Assembly (NCBI GenBank): GCA_050744105.1
Contig: JBOGGP010000001.1
Span: forward strand, 1-40,327
From: Acidimicrobiales bacterium
GTDB lineage: Bacteria > Actinomycetota > Acidimicrobiia > Acidimicrobiales > Palsa-688
DNA length: 40,327 nt
Direction of reading: 5' to 3'
Below the pieces are notes generated by a model. It saw only the letters and a program-made list of their open reading frames with translations, made no database searches and had not been told where the DNA came from. This document shows positions 1 through 8,182 of the stretch, in pieces; the first letter of the stretch is position 1, and the number at the start of each line of letters is the position of its first letter. Both the position numbers and the translations under genes were made by a program.

Positions 1-365
1 ATGCCGGCCTCGTTGGCCCGGTCGAGGGCGGAGGCCACCACGTGGGCCGAGCCAGGCGGGGTGCGCACGACCACCACGTTGCCAGACACCGACACCTCGA
101 CCACCCAGTCGCCCAGGACGCGGCGCAGGTGGTCCTCGGGAGCCACCCGGTCCCGGGGCAGCTCGGGCACGGCGTATACCAGCTCCCCGCCCGGGACCCT
201 CACCTTGACCGCCCCCATCTCCTCCAGATCCCGCGACACGGTGGCCTGGGTGGCCTCGACGCCGGCGGCCGACAGCCGCTCGACGAGCTGGCCCTGGCTG
301 GTGACCGGCTCGGCCTCGAGGAGCCGGGCGATGCGGTAGTGGCGCTGGTTCTTTGCCAGTCTCAC
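1..365 (-). CDS. argR: Arginine repressor ArgR (N-terminal ~120 codons; C-terminus runs off the left window edge)
   Basis: Own translation of the minus strand from GTG at 365-363: VRLAKNQRHYRIARLLEAEPVTSQGQLVERLSAAGVEATQATVSRDLEEMGAVKV..., which carries the ArgR winged-helix signature. GTGA stop/start overlap with argF. Last gene of the arg cluster, as in mycobacteria. Absent from the ORF track, presumably because it runs off the window edge. Confidence 0.85.
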   Translation of the reverse strand, partial: MRLAKNQRHYRIARLLEAEPVTSQGQLVERLSAAGVEATQATVSRDLEEMGAVKVRVPGGELVYAVPELPRDRVAPEDHLRRVLGDWVVEVSVSGNVVVVRTPPGSAHVVASALDRANEAG

Positions 366-1249
366 GGTGCCACCAGCCACCACAGCAGGCCCCGGGCCGA
401 GTGCATGCGGTTGGCCGCCTGGCGCCACACCAAGCTGGAGGGACCGTCGATGACCTCGGCGCTTACCTCCAGACCCCGGTGGGCGGGCAGGCAGTGGAGG
501 AAGGCGGCGCCGGGCGCGGCGCGCGCCATCAGGGCGGGGTCGACCTGGTACCCGGCGAAGGCGTCGGCGCGCGCCGCCGCCTGGTCCTCGTCACCCATCG
601 AGACCCACACGTCGGTGGCCACGGCGTCGGCCCCCTCGACGGCGGCGGACGGGTCGTCGGTCACCGTCACGTCGACGCCGTAGGTGCGGGCCCCGTCCAC
701 GGCCACGGCGTCGGGCGGGTAGCCGGCAGGTGTGGCCAGGCGGACGTCGACGCCGGCCATGGCGCAGGCCAGGAGGAGGCTGCGCCCGACGTTGTTGCCG
801 TCGCCCACCCAGGCTAGCGACCGGCCTTCCAGGCCGCCCCACCACTGCCGCAGGGTGAGCAGGTCGGCCACCGCCTGGAGGGGGTGGGAGATCTCCGAGA
901 GCAGGTTGACCACGGGGACGGCGTCGAGGGCGGCCATGCGCTCCAGGGTGCGGTGGGCGGTGACCCGGGCACCGACGCAGGCGTGGTACTGGGCCAGGGT
1001 CCGGCACACGTCCTCCACGCTCTCCCTCGAGTCGAGGCCGACCTCGTCGCCGCGGATGGCCACCGGGTGGCCACCCAGGGCGGCGGTGGCCATCTCCATG
1101 GAGCTGCGGGTCCGGGTGGACGGCTTCTCGAAGATGAGGCCCACGCCGCGCCCGGCGAGGACGGGCGGTGGCCCGGCGACCTCGGCCAGGTCGAGGACCC
1201 GGGCCAGCTCGTCGGGGGTGAGGTCGTCGACCTCGAGGAGGTGCCGCAT
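362..1249 (-). CDS. argF: Ornithine carbamoyltransferase
   Basis: Track ORF 362..1744 trimmed to ATG at 1249 (MRHLLEVDDLTPDEL...). OTCase motifs STRTR, SHPLQ and HCLPAHRG are present. ATGA overlap with the argD stop. Confidence 0.95.
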   Translation of the reverse strand: MRHLLEVDDLTPDELARVLDLAEVAGPPPVLAGRGVGLIFEKPSTRTRSSMEMATAALGGHPVAIRGDEVGLDSRESVEDVCRTLAQYHACVGARVTAHRTLERMAALDAVPVVNLLSEISHPLQAVADLLTLRQWWGGLEGRSLAWVGDGNNVGRSLLLACAMAGVDVRLATPAGYPPDAVAVDGARTYGVDVTVTDDPSAAVEGADAVATDVWVSMGDEDQAAARADAFAGYQVDPALMARAAPGAAFLHCLPAHRGLEVSAEVIDGPSSLVWRQAANRMHSARGLLWWLVAP

Positions 1250-2436
1250 CAGGTGCCGGCCAGGACCCGGCCCACAATGTCCACCGCCTCGTCGACCTCG
1301 GCCGCGCTCACCAGCAATGACGGGGCCAGCCGCAGGGCTCCCGGCGTCACCGCGTTGACGACCAGGCCGGCGTCGAGGGCGGCCGCAGCCACCGGGCCCG
1401 CTTTCTCCTCCTCCAGGGCGGCGGCGACCAGCAGGCCCATGCCGCGGACCCCAGCCACCCCGGGCAGCCGCTCCAGCCCGGCGGCCAGCCTCTGTCCCAT
1501 GGCCGCGGCCCGGGTGGGGACGTCCTCGGCCTCCATCACCCCCAGGGTGGCCCGGGCCGCCGCCGCGGCCAGCGGCTGGCCCCCGAAGGTGGTGGCGTGG
1601 TCCCCCGGCTCGAAGGCGTCGGCCACCTCCTCGGCCGCCCAGCACGCCCCGATCGGCATCCCGTTGCCGAGCGCCTTGGCCATCGTCACCACGTCGGGGC
1701 CCGAGCCCCGGTCCCCCGCCAACCAGTGCTGGTGGGCGAACCACGCCCCGGTGCGGCCCAGCCCGGTCTGGACCTCGTCGACCATCATCAGGACGCCCGC
1801 CTGGTCACACAGCTCCCGCACGCCGGCCAGGTAGGCGGCGGTGGCCGGGATGACGCCGCCCTCGCCCTGGACCGCCTCGACGAGCACGGCGGCCACGCTC
1901 GGGTCGATGGCGGCGGCCAGGTCGTCGAGGTCGGCCCACGCCACGTGCCGGAACCCCTCGGGCATGGGCCCGAAACCCTGGTGCTTGGCCGGTTGCCCGG
2001 TGGCGTGCAGGGTGGCCAGCGTGCGCCCGTGGAACGAGCCGTAGGTGCTGACCACGGCGTAGCGGCCCCCGGCCGCCGCCCCGCTGGTGCGCCGGCGGGA
2101 CCGGCCCCACTTGCGGGCCAGCTTGATGGCGCACTCGTTGGCCTCGGCGCCGCTGTTGGCAAAGAACACCCGGCCGCCGCCGCCGAGCAGGCGGTCCAGG
2201 GTGGCGGCCACCTCCGGTCCCGGTTGGGTGCCGAACAGGTTGCTCACGTGGAGCAGCGTGCGGGCCTGGGCGCATATGGCGTCGGCCACCACCGGGTGGG
2301 CGTGGCCGAGGGAGGTGACGGCCAGGCCGGACAGGAAGTCGAGGTAGCGCCGGCCGGCGTCGTCCCACAGCCAGCTGCCCTGGCCCCGCACGAAGGTGAC
2401 CGGGGGCTCGGGGTAGGTGCGCATCAGGCGGTTCAC
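1249..2436 (-). CDS. argD: Acetylornithine aminotransferase
   Basis: 395-aa ORF with a GTG start. Class-III aminotransferase features (SGAEANE, DEVQTGLGRTG, TFGGQPLA). Position between argB and argF. Confidence 0.95.
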   Translation of the reverse strand: MNRLMRTYPEPPVTFVRGQGSWLWDDAGRRYLDFLSGLAVTSLGHAHPVVADAICAQARTLLHVSNLFGTQPGPEVAATLDRLLGGGGRVFFANSGAEANECAIKLARKWGRSRRRTSGAAAGGRYAVVSTYGSFHGRTLATLHATGQPAKHQGFGPMPEGFRHVAWADLDDLAAAIDPSVAAVLVEAVQGEGGVIPATAAYLAGVRELCDQAGVLMMVDEVQTGLGRTGAWFAHQHWLAGDRGSGPDVVTMAKALGNGMPIGACWAAEEVADAFEPGDHATTFGGQPLAAAAARATLGVMEAEDVPTRAAAMGQRLAAGLERLPGVAGVRGMGLLVAAALEEEKAGPVAAAALDAGLVVNAVTPGALRLAPSLLVSAAEVDEAVDIVGRVLAGT

Positions 2437-2440
2437 CGCC

Positions 2441-2650
2441 TCGTGGGAGGAGCCGGCGTCGTGGGAGGAGCCGGCCTCGTGGGACGGGCCGGCATCGTGG
2501 GACGAGCCGGCGTCGTGGGAGGAGCCGGCGTCGTGGGAGGAGCCGGCCTGGTGGGACGGGCCGGCATCGTGGGACGAGCCGGCCTCGTGGGAGGAGCCGG
2601 CCTGGTGGGACGGGCCGGGCTAGGAGCCGGCCTCGTGGGAGGAGCCGGCC
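2441..2650. repeat. 18-nt tandem repeat array, ~12 copies (consensus tcgtgggaggagccggcS), filling the argB-stop to argD-start spacer
   Basis: Read directly. Units start at 2441, 2459, 2477 and so on, with one truncated unit at 2621-2632. Variants recur with a 72-nt higher-order period. The last codons of argB (tcatgggacgatcatcg, 2651 onward) resemble a unit. Confidence 0.9.
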
Positions 2651-3529
2651 TCATGGGACGATCATCGTGCCGGTGCCGGAGTTGGTGAAGATCTCCAGCA
2701 GCAGGCTGTGGGGGGCCCGTCCGTCGAGGATGTGGGCGCGGCCCACCCCGGCGCGCATGGCGTCGAGGCAGGAGGTCACCTTGGGGACCATCCCCCCGGC
2801 GATGGCACCGGCGGCCAGCAGGGACTCGAGCTCGGCGGCGCCGGCCGAGGTGACCAGGCTGGCCGGGTCGCCCCGCCGGGCCAGGATGCCCTCGACGTCG
2901 GTCAGGTAGACCAGCTTTCCGGCCCCGACGGCGGCGGCGATGGCGCCGGCGGCCGTGTCGGCGTTGATGTTGAAGGCCTGACCGGTCTCGTCCGAGCCGA
3001 TGGTGGCCACCACCGGGACCAGGTCCTCGGCCAGCAGGCGGTCGAGCAGCTCGGGGTTGACCGCCACCACGTCGCCGACGAACCCCAGCTCGGGGTCCCT
3101 GGCGCTGGCCACCAGCAGGCCGGCGTCCTCCCCCGAGACCCCGACGGCAATGGAGGCATGGACGTTGACCGCCGAGACGATGTCGCGGTTGACCTTGCCG
3201 ACCAGCACCATGCGGGCGATGTCGAGCGTCTCGGCGTCGGTGACGCGCAGCCCGTCGCGGAACTCGGGCGTCTTGCCCAGCCGTCGCATCATCTCGCCGA
3301 TCTGGGGGCCGCCGCCGTGCACCACCAGCGGGCGCATGCCCACCGAGGCCATGAGGGCGATGTCGGTGGCGAACGACGCCAGGGCCCGGGCGGGGTCGGC
3401 CCCGGCCAGGGCGCTGCCGCCGTACTTGACCACCACCACCTGGCCCCAGAACCGGCGGATGTAGGGCAGGGCCTCGACCAGCACGGCGGCCTTGCCGGCG
3501 GCGCCGGCGGTGAGGTCACGTGGGGGCAT
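2651..3529 (-). CDS. argB: Acetylglutamate kinase
   Basis: Track ORF 2651..4531 trimmed to ATG 3529 (MPPRDLTAGAAGKAAVLVEALPYIRRF...). Amino-acid-kinase motifs VVKYGGSA and VVHGGGPQI. Confidence 0.93.
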   Translation of the reverse strand: MPPRDLTAGAAGKAAVLVEALPYIRRFWGQVVVVKYGGSALAGADPARALASFATDIALMASVGMRPLVVHGGGPQIGEMMRRLGKTPEFRDGLRVTDAETLDIARMVLVGKVNRDIVSAVNVHASIAVGVSGEDAGLLVASARDPELGFVGDVVAVNPELLDRLLAEDLVPVVATIGSDETGQAFNINADTAAGAIAAAVGAGKLVYLTDVEGILARRGDPASLVTSAGAAELESLLAAGAIAGGMVPKVTSCLDAMRAGVGRAHILDGRAPHSLLLEIFTNSGTGTMIVP

Positions 3530-3579
3530 CCCTGCCCGACCACCCGAGCCGGCGGGAGCCCGGCTCGCCGGGGGCGGCG

Positions 3580-4596
3580 TCACGGGTACAGCCCGGTCAG
3601 GGGCAGCCCGGCGGGCTCGGGCAGGCCCAGGGCCAGGTTGGCGCACTGGACGGCCTGGCCGGCCGCCCCCTTGGTCAGGTTGTCGAGGGCGGCGACGGCG
3701 ACGACCCAGCCGGTGCGGGCGTCGGCGCGCGCCGTCAGGTGGGCGCAGTTGGAGCCCAGGGTGGCCTTGGTCGAGGGGGATCGCTGGTCGACCACGACGA
3801 ATCGCTCGCCGGCGTAGGCCTGGGCCAGGACGGCCAGTGGGTCGAGGTCGGGCCGGGTGGCGCGGCCGTAGACGGTGGCCAGGATGCCCCGGCTCATGGG
3901 GGCCAGGTGGGGGGTGAAGACGACCTGGGCCCCGGTCGCCTGCTCGATCTCGGGGGTGTGGCGGTGGCCGACCAGCCCGTAGGCGCGGAAGTCCTCGTCC
4001 ACCGCGCAGAATTGCGTGGAGTCCTTGAGCCCCCGGCCCGCTCCCGAGGCCCCGCTGGCGGCGTCCACCACCACCCCGGTCCGCTCGACCACGCCGGCGC
4101 GCACCAGGGGGGCCAGCACCAGGGCGGCGGCGGTCACGTAGCAGCCGGCGGCGGCCACGAGGGGGGCACCGGCCAGGTCGGGGCGGAACAGCTCGGGGAT
4201 GCCGCAGGCGGCCTGAGCCAGCAGCTGGGGGCAGGTGTGCTCCTCGCCGTACCAGGTGGGGTAGAGGGAGGGGTCCTTCAGCCGGAAGTCGGCCGAGAGG
4301 TCCACCTGGGCCTTGACCCGGCCGGCCAGCTGGGGGACGATGCGCTGCGAGGCGCCGTGGGGTAGGGCCAGGAACACCAGGTCGCAGCCGGCCGCGGCAT
4401 CGGGCCGGGTCGGGCTGAGCGCCAGATCCGGGTAGGCGGCGGCCAGGCTCGGGAAGAGGTCGGCCACGGTGGCGCCGGCGTGGCTGTCGCCGGTGGCGAC
4501 GGCGACGTCGATGTCGGGATGGCCGGCGCACAGCCGCAGCAGCTCGGCGCCGGCGAAGCCCGAGGCCCCCATTATCGCCGCCCTGACGCTTCCCAC
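3580..4596 (-). CDS. argC: N-acetyl-gamma-glutamyl-phosphate reductase
   Basis: 338-aa ORF with a GTG start. GASGFAGAELLRL dinucleotide-binding N-terminus and an active-site Cys context (AAAGCYVTAA). Confidence 0.93.
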   Translation of the reverse strand: MGSVRAAIMGASGFAGAELLRLCAGHPDIDVAVATGDSHAGATVADLFPSLAAAYPDLALSPTRPDAAAGCDLVFLALPHGASQRIVPQLAGRVKAQVDLSADFRLKDPSLYPTWYGEEHTCPQLLAQAACGIPELFRPDLAGAPLVAAAGCYVTAAALVLAPLVRAGVVERTGVVVDAASGASGAGRGLKDSTQFCAVDEDFRAYGLVGHRHTPEIEQATGAQVVFTPHLAPMSRGILATVYGRATRPDLDPLAVLAQAYAGERFVVVDQRSPSTKATLGSNCAHLTARADARTGWVVAVAALDNLTKGAAGQAVQCANLALGLPEPAGLPLTGLYP

Positions 4597-4613
4597 CCCC
4601 CCATCATACAGCC

Positions 4614-4633
4614 TATTGCATGGCTATGCAAGC
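4614..4633 (-). promoter_or_regulatory. Candidate ARG box (ArgR operator): TTGCAT-ggct-ATGCAA dyad about 20 nt upstream of the argC start
   Basis: Perfect 6-4-6 palindrome at 4616-4631. It is AT-rich relative to its surroundings and resembles TGCAT/ATGCA-type ARG boxes of Gram-positive bacteria. argR is encoded in the same cluster. Confidence 0.4.
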
Positions 4634-4702
4634 GTGGCCTATGCCCCCCGCAGCGTGGGCTATGCCCCCCGCAGCGTGGCCTATGCCCCCCGCAGCGTGG
4701 CC
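4631..4702. repeat. 21-nt tandem repeat, 3.4 copies (agcgtggSctatgccccccgc), containing the pheT stop codon
   Basis: Units at 4631-4651, 4652-4672 and 4673-4693, plus a partial unit. On the minus strand each unit reads ATLRGA-TAG. The copy at 4681-4683 is the real pheT stop. Confidence 0.85.
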
Positions 4703-7062
4703 CGGTGGGCGGCGGCCACGGAGGCGATGGCGCCCTGGCGGGCGGACGCCACGTCCCGGTCGGTCAGGGTGCGGTCGGGAGACCGCAGCCGCATCCGGAA
4801 CGCCAGGCTGCGCGCACCGTGACCGGCGGCGGGCAGGGCGAACACGTCGAAGAGACGGAGCGACTCGACCAGGTCACCGGCGCCGGCCCGCAGGGTCGCC
4901 GCCACGGCCGCGGCCGGCACGTCGCCGGGCACCACGAAGGCCAGGTCCAGGTCGCTGGCCGGGAACCGGCTCACCGGCTGGGCCAGGGCGTCCCGGCGCG
5001 CCAGCCCGACCAATGCGGCCAGGTCGGCCTGCCAGAAGCCCACCCGCCCGGCCAGGCCGTAGGCCGCCACCACGTCGGCTGCCACCTCCCCGACGCTGCC
5101 CACGGCGGTGCCGCCCGGCCCCCTGAGCAGGGCTGATCGGGTCGGGTGCAGCCCGGGCACCGGCCCGGCGACCAGGTCCAGGGTCTCGAGGCGCAGGGCG
5201 CCGGCCAGCACCGTGACCAGCCGGGCCGCCCTCGGGGCGTCGGCCCCCTCACCGGCCAGGATGGCGGCCACCTCCTCGCGCTCGATGGGCAGCACGTCGC
5301 CGGCCCCCGGCGGCAGGAAGACACGCCCGATCTCGAACAGCCTGACGTCGGGCATCTGGCGGTCGGCGTTGGCGCGCACCGCCTTGAGCAGCCCGGGCAG
5401 CAGCGATGTGCGCAGGACCGACTCGGCGCGGTCCAGCGGGTTTTCCACCTCGACGGCCTCGGTCGCCAGCCCGGCGGCGCCCAGATCCCCGGGGGCCAGG
5501 AACGTGGTCGTCCACGCCTCGGAGACCCCGGCGCCGGCCAGGATCTCTCGGACCCGCCGGCGCTCCCGCTGGAAGCGGCTGAGGCCACCGCCGGCCCGGC
5601 TCCCGGGGGGAAGGGTGCGTTGGATCCGGGAGTAACCGTAACGCCGGGCCACCTCCTCGATCACGTCGATCTCGCGGCAGGTGTCGGGCCGCCAGGACGG
5701 GACCTGGACGTCACAGACGCCGCCGGGCCCGGCGGCGACGTCGAAGCCGAGCGGTCCGAGCAGGTCGGCCACCTTGGTGCCGGCCAGGGTGGTCCCGAGC
5801 ACGGCGTTGACCCGGGCGGTGCGCACGGCCAGCCGGCGGGGTGCGGGCAGGTGGGCCGGGGAGCGCCGGTCGGTGGTCGGTCCCCGGCGGGCCCCGCCGA
5901 GCAGGGTGACAAACCGCCCGACGGCCCGGTCGGCGATGTCGGGGTCGACTCCCCGCTCGAAGCGGTGGCGAGCGTCGCTGGCCAGGCCCAGGCGGTTGCC
6001 GGTGCGGGCCACGGCCGTCGGGGCGAACCACGCACACTCCAGGACGACGGTGGTGGTGGTGGCGTCCACCTCGCTCGACTCCCCGCCCATGATCCCCCCG
6101 ATCCCGACCGGGCCGCCCCGGGCGTCGCAGACCAGGCAGTCCTCGGGCCCGAGGCGGCGTATGACCCCGTCGAGGGTGGTGAGGGACTCACCCGGCCGGG
6201 CCCGGCGCACCAGGAGGCCGCGACCGTCCAGCTTGTCCAGGTCGTAGGCGTGGTTGGGCTGGCCCAGGTCGAGCATCACGTAGTTGGAGGCGTCGACCAC
6301 CGCGCTGATGGGGCGCATGCCGGCCAGTGTGAGGCGGCGGGACACCCAGGGGGGAGAGTGGCCCGCAGGCACGTCGGCGACGACCGTGGCGGTAAAGCGG
6401 GGGCACAGGTCCCCGTCGAGGACCTCCACGCCGGCGACCTCGATCCCGGGGGCCACGGCGGTGGCGCTGCCGGGCAGGGCGGGCAGGACGAAGGGCTCGC
6501 CCAGGCCGGCGGCCAGGTCCCGAGCGATGCCGGCCATCGACAGGGCGTCGGGTCGGTTGGGGCTGACCTCCAGGTCGAAGACCACGTCGGCCGCCAGGCC
6601 CAGGGCGTCGGCGACCGGTGTCCCCGGTGGCGCCAGCCCGGGCCGCAGGACCATGAGGCCCCCCTCGCCGGCCGGTTCGGGCAGGCCCAGCTCGCCGGGG
6701 GCGCACAGCATCCCGTTGGACCACTCCCCGCGGATCTGGCGCCGGGCGATCTCGGTGCCGCCGGGCAGGGCCGTGCCCACGGTGGCCAGGGGGACCAGGT
6801 CGCCGGTGGCGAAGTTCCAGGCCCCGCAGGCGATCTGGACAGCATCGCCGGCCCCGGCGTCCACGTCGACCAGGCGGATCCGGTCGGCGCCGGGATGGGG
6901 CCGGATGGCCAGGACGCGGGCCACCACCACCCCGTCGAGGCCCCCGCCCACGCGGGCCACCGACTCGACCACCAGGCCGAGGTTGGACAGGGTGTCGGTC
7001 AGGTGGTCGACGCTGGCGTCCAGGGGGGCGAAGTCACGGAGCCAGGACAGGGGGGCGAGCAT
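4681..7062 (-). CDS. pheT: Phenylalanine--tRNA ligase beta subunit
   Basis: Track ORF 4681..7668 trimmed to ATG 7062 (MLAPLSWLRDFAPLDASVDHLTDTLSNLGL...). Typical PheT N-terminal tRNA-binding and B3/B4 domains, about 793 aa. Lies downstream of pheS. Confidence 0.95.
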   Translation of the reverse strand: MLAPLSWLRDFAPLDASVDHLTDTLSNLGLVVESVARVGGGLDGVVVARVLAIRPHPGADRIRLVDVDAGAGDAVQIACGAWNFATGDLVPLATVGTALPGGTEIARRQIRGEWSNGMLCAPGELGLPEPAGEGGLMVLRPGLAPPGTPVADALGLAADVVFDLEVSPNRPDALSMAGIARDLAAGLGEPFVLPALPGSATAVAPGIEVAGVEVLDGDLCPRFTATVVADVPAGHSPPWVSRRLTLAGMRPISAVVDASNYVMLDLGQPNHAYDLDKLDGRGLLVRRARPGESLTTLDGVIRRLGPEDCLVCDARGGPVGIGGIMGGESSEVDATTTTVVLECAWFAPTAVARTGNRLGLASDARHRFERGVDPDIADRAVGRFVTLLGGARRGPTTDRRSPAHLPAPRRLAVRTARVNAVLGTTLAGTKVADLLGPLGFDVAAGPGGVCDVQVPSWRPDTCREIDVIEEVARRYGYSRIQRTLPPGSRAGGGLSRFQRERRRVREILAGAGVSEAWTTTFLAPGDLGAAGLATEAVEVENPLDRAESVLRTSLLPGLLKAVRANADRQMPDVRLFEIGRVFLPPGAGDVLPIEREEVAAILAGEGADAPRAARLVTVLAGALRLETLDLVAGPVPGLHPTRSALLRGPGGTAVGSVGEVAADVVAAYGLAGRVGFWQADLAALVGLARRDALAQPVSRFPASDLDLAFVVPGDVPAAAVAATLRAGAGDLVESLRLFDVFALPAAGHGARSLAFRMRLRSPDRTLTDRDVASARQGAIASVAAAHRATLRGA

Positions 7063-7100
7063 GGCAAGGAGGCTTCCTGAGGGTCGAGGAGCGGAGGGGA

Positions 7101-8162
7101 TCAGAATTGGGCGAGGAATCGCAGGTCGTTGTCCAGTAGCACCCGCATGTCGGCCAGCCCGTTGCGGACCTGGGCCAGGCGGTCGATACCGAAGCCGAAG
7201 GCGAAGCCGCTGAAGGCCTCGGGGTCGATCCCCACCGCCTCGAAGACGTCGGGGTCGACCATCCCGCAACCGCCCAGCTCCAGCCAGCCTGACCCCGAGC
7301 AGGTCCGGCAGCCGATCCCCCCGCAGATGGGGCAGGTGACCTCGAACTCGGCGGACGGCTCGGTGAAGGGGAAGTAGAACGGCCGCAGGCGCGAATGCAT
7401 CCCGGGCCCGAAGAAGGCGGTGGTAAAGGCCTCGATCGTGCCGGCCAGGTCGCCGAAGGTGATGCCCCGGTCGACGACCAGTCCCTCGATCTGGTGGAAC
7501 ACGGGCAGGTGGCGGGCATCGGGGGTGTCCCGCCGGTAGCAGCGCCCCGGCATCACCGCGTATATGGGGGGGGCCTGGGCCTGCATCAGGCGGATCTGGA
7601 CCGGCGAGGTGTGGGTGCGCAGCAGGACGGTCCCGGGCGGCCCCAGGCGAAGGTAGAGGGTGTCCCACATACCCCGGGCCGGGTGGTCGGGGGGCATGTT
7701 GAGGGCCTCGAAGTTGTACCAGTCCGTCTCCGCCTCGGGTCCCTCGGCCACCGTGAAGCCCATGGAGACGAAGGTGTCCTCGAGCTCGTCGCGCACCTGG
7801 GTGACCAGGTGGAGGTGGCCCCGGTCCGGGATCCCCATCCGGCAGGCGGCCACCTCGGTCAGGTCCAGCCGGTCCCGGGCGTCCTGGACGGCTCGCTCCG
7901 CTCTGCCCAGCTCCGCCCGCCGGGCGGCCACCCGCTCGGTGATGCGGGCCCGTGCCGCCCCGATGGCGGCCCCCGCCGACCGACGCTGGTCGGGGCCCAG
8001 CGCCCGCAGCCCCGCTTGCAGTTGGGCCAGCTGCGAGCGCCGGCCGACGACGGCGGTCTCGGCCGCCTGCAGCTCGGCGGTGGATCCCAACCGGGCGAGG
8101 AGGTCCAGGGCCTGGGCCTCGATGGCAGCCAGCTGGTCAGGGAGGGGGAGGTCGTCGGTCAA
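7101..8162 (-). CDS. pheS: Phenylalanine--tRNA ligase alpha subunit
   Basis: 353-aa ORF with class-II aaRS core motifs (FEALNMPPDHPARGMWDT, RTHTSPVQIR, GFAFGFGIDRLA). Confidence 0.96.
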   Translation of the reverse strand: MTDDLPLPDQLAAIEAQALDLLARLGSTAELQAAETAVVGRRSQLAQLQAGLRALGPDQRRSAGAAIGAARARITERVAARRAELGRAERAVQDARDRLDLTEVAACRMGIPDRGHLHLVTQVRDELEDTFVSMGFTVAEGPEAETDWYNFEALNMPPDHPARGMWDTLYLRLGPPGTVLLRTHTSPVQIRLMQAQAPPIYAVMPGRCYRRDTPDARHLPVFHQIEGLVVDRGITFGDLAGTIEAFTTAFFGPGMHSRLRPFYFPFTEPSAEFEVTCPICGGIGCRTCSGSGWLELGGCGMVDPDVFEAVGIDPEAFSGFAFGFGIDRLAQVRNGLADMRVLLDNDLRFLAQF

Positions 8163-8182
8163 GAGGAGTCGGGGAAAGGGGG

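Noticed and set aside
1-339. 112-aa plus-strand ORF at the left edge
   Set aside because: Antisense to the clearly recognisable argR reading frame. Ser/Thr/Arg-rich nonsense.
2433-2654. 73-aa Pro/Thr/Ala-rich minus-strand ORF between argB and argD, and the 68-aa plus-strand ORF 2417..2623
   Set aside because: Both are simply translations of the 18-nt tandem array. There is no independent start context. Treated as non-coding repeat DNA.
5146-7080. 644-aa plus-strand ORF (and several other ORFs over 150 aa) overlapping pheT
   Set aside because: It is antisense to a confidently identified gene. The composition is Gly/Arg/Pro/Ala-rich, typical of shadow ORFs in high-GC DNA, and no recognisable motifs are present.
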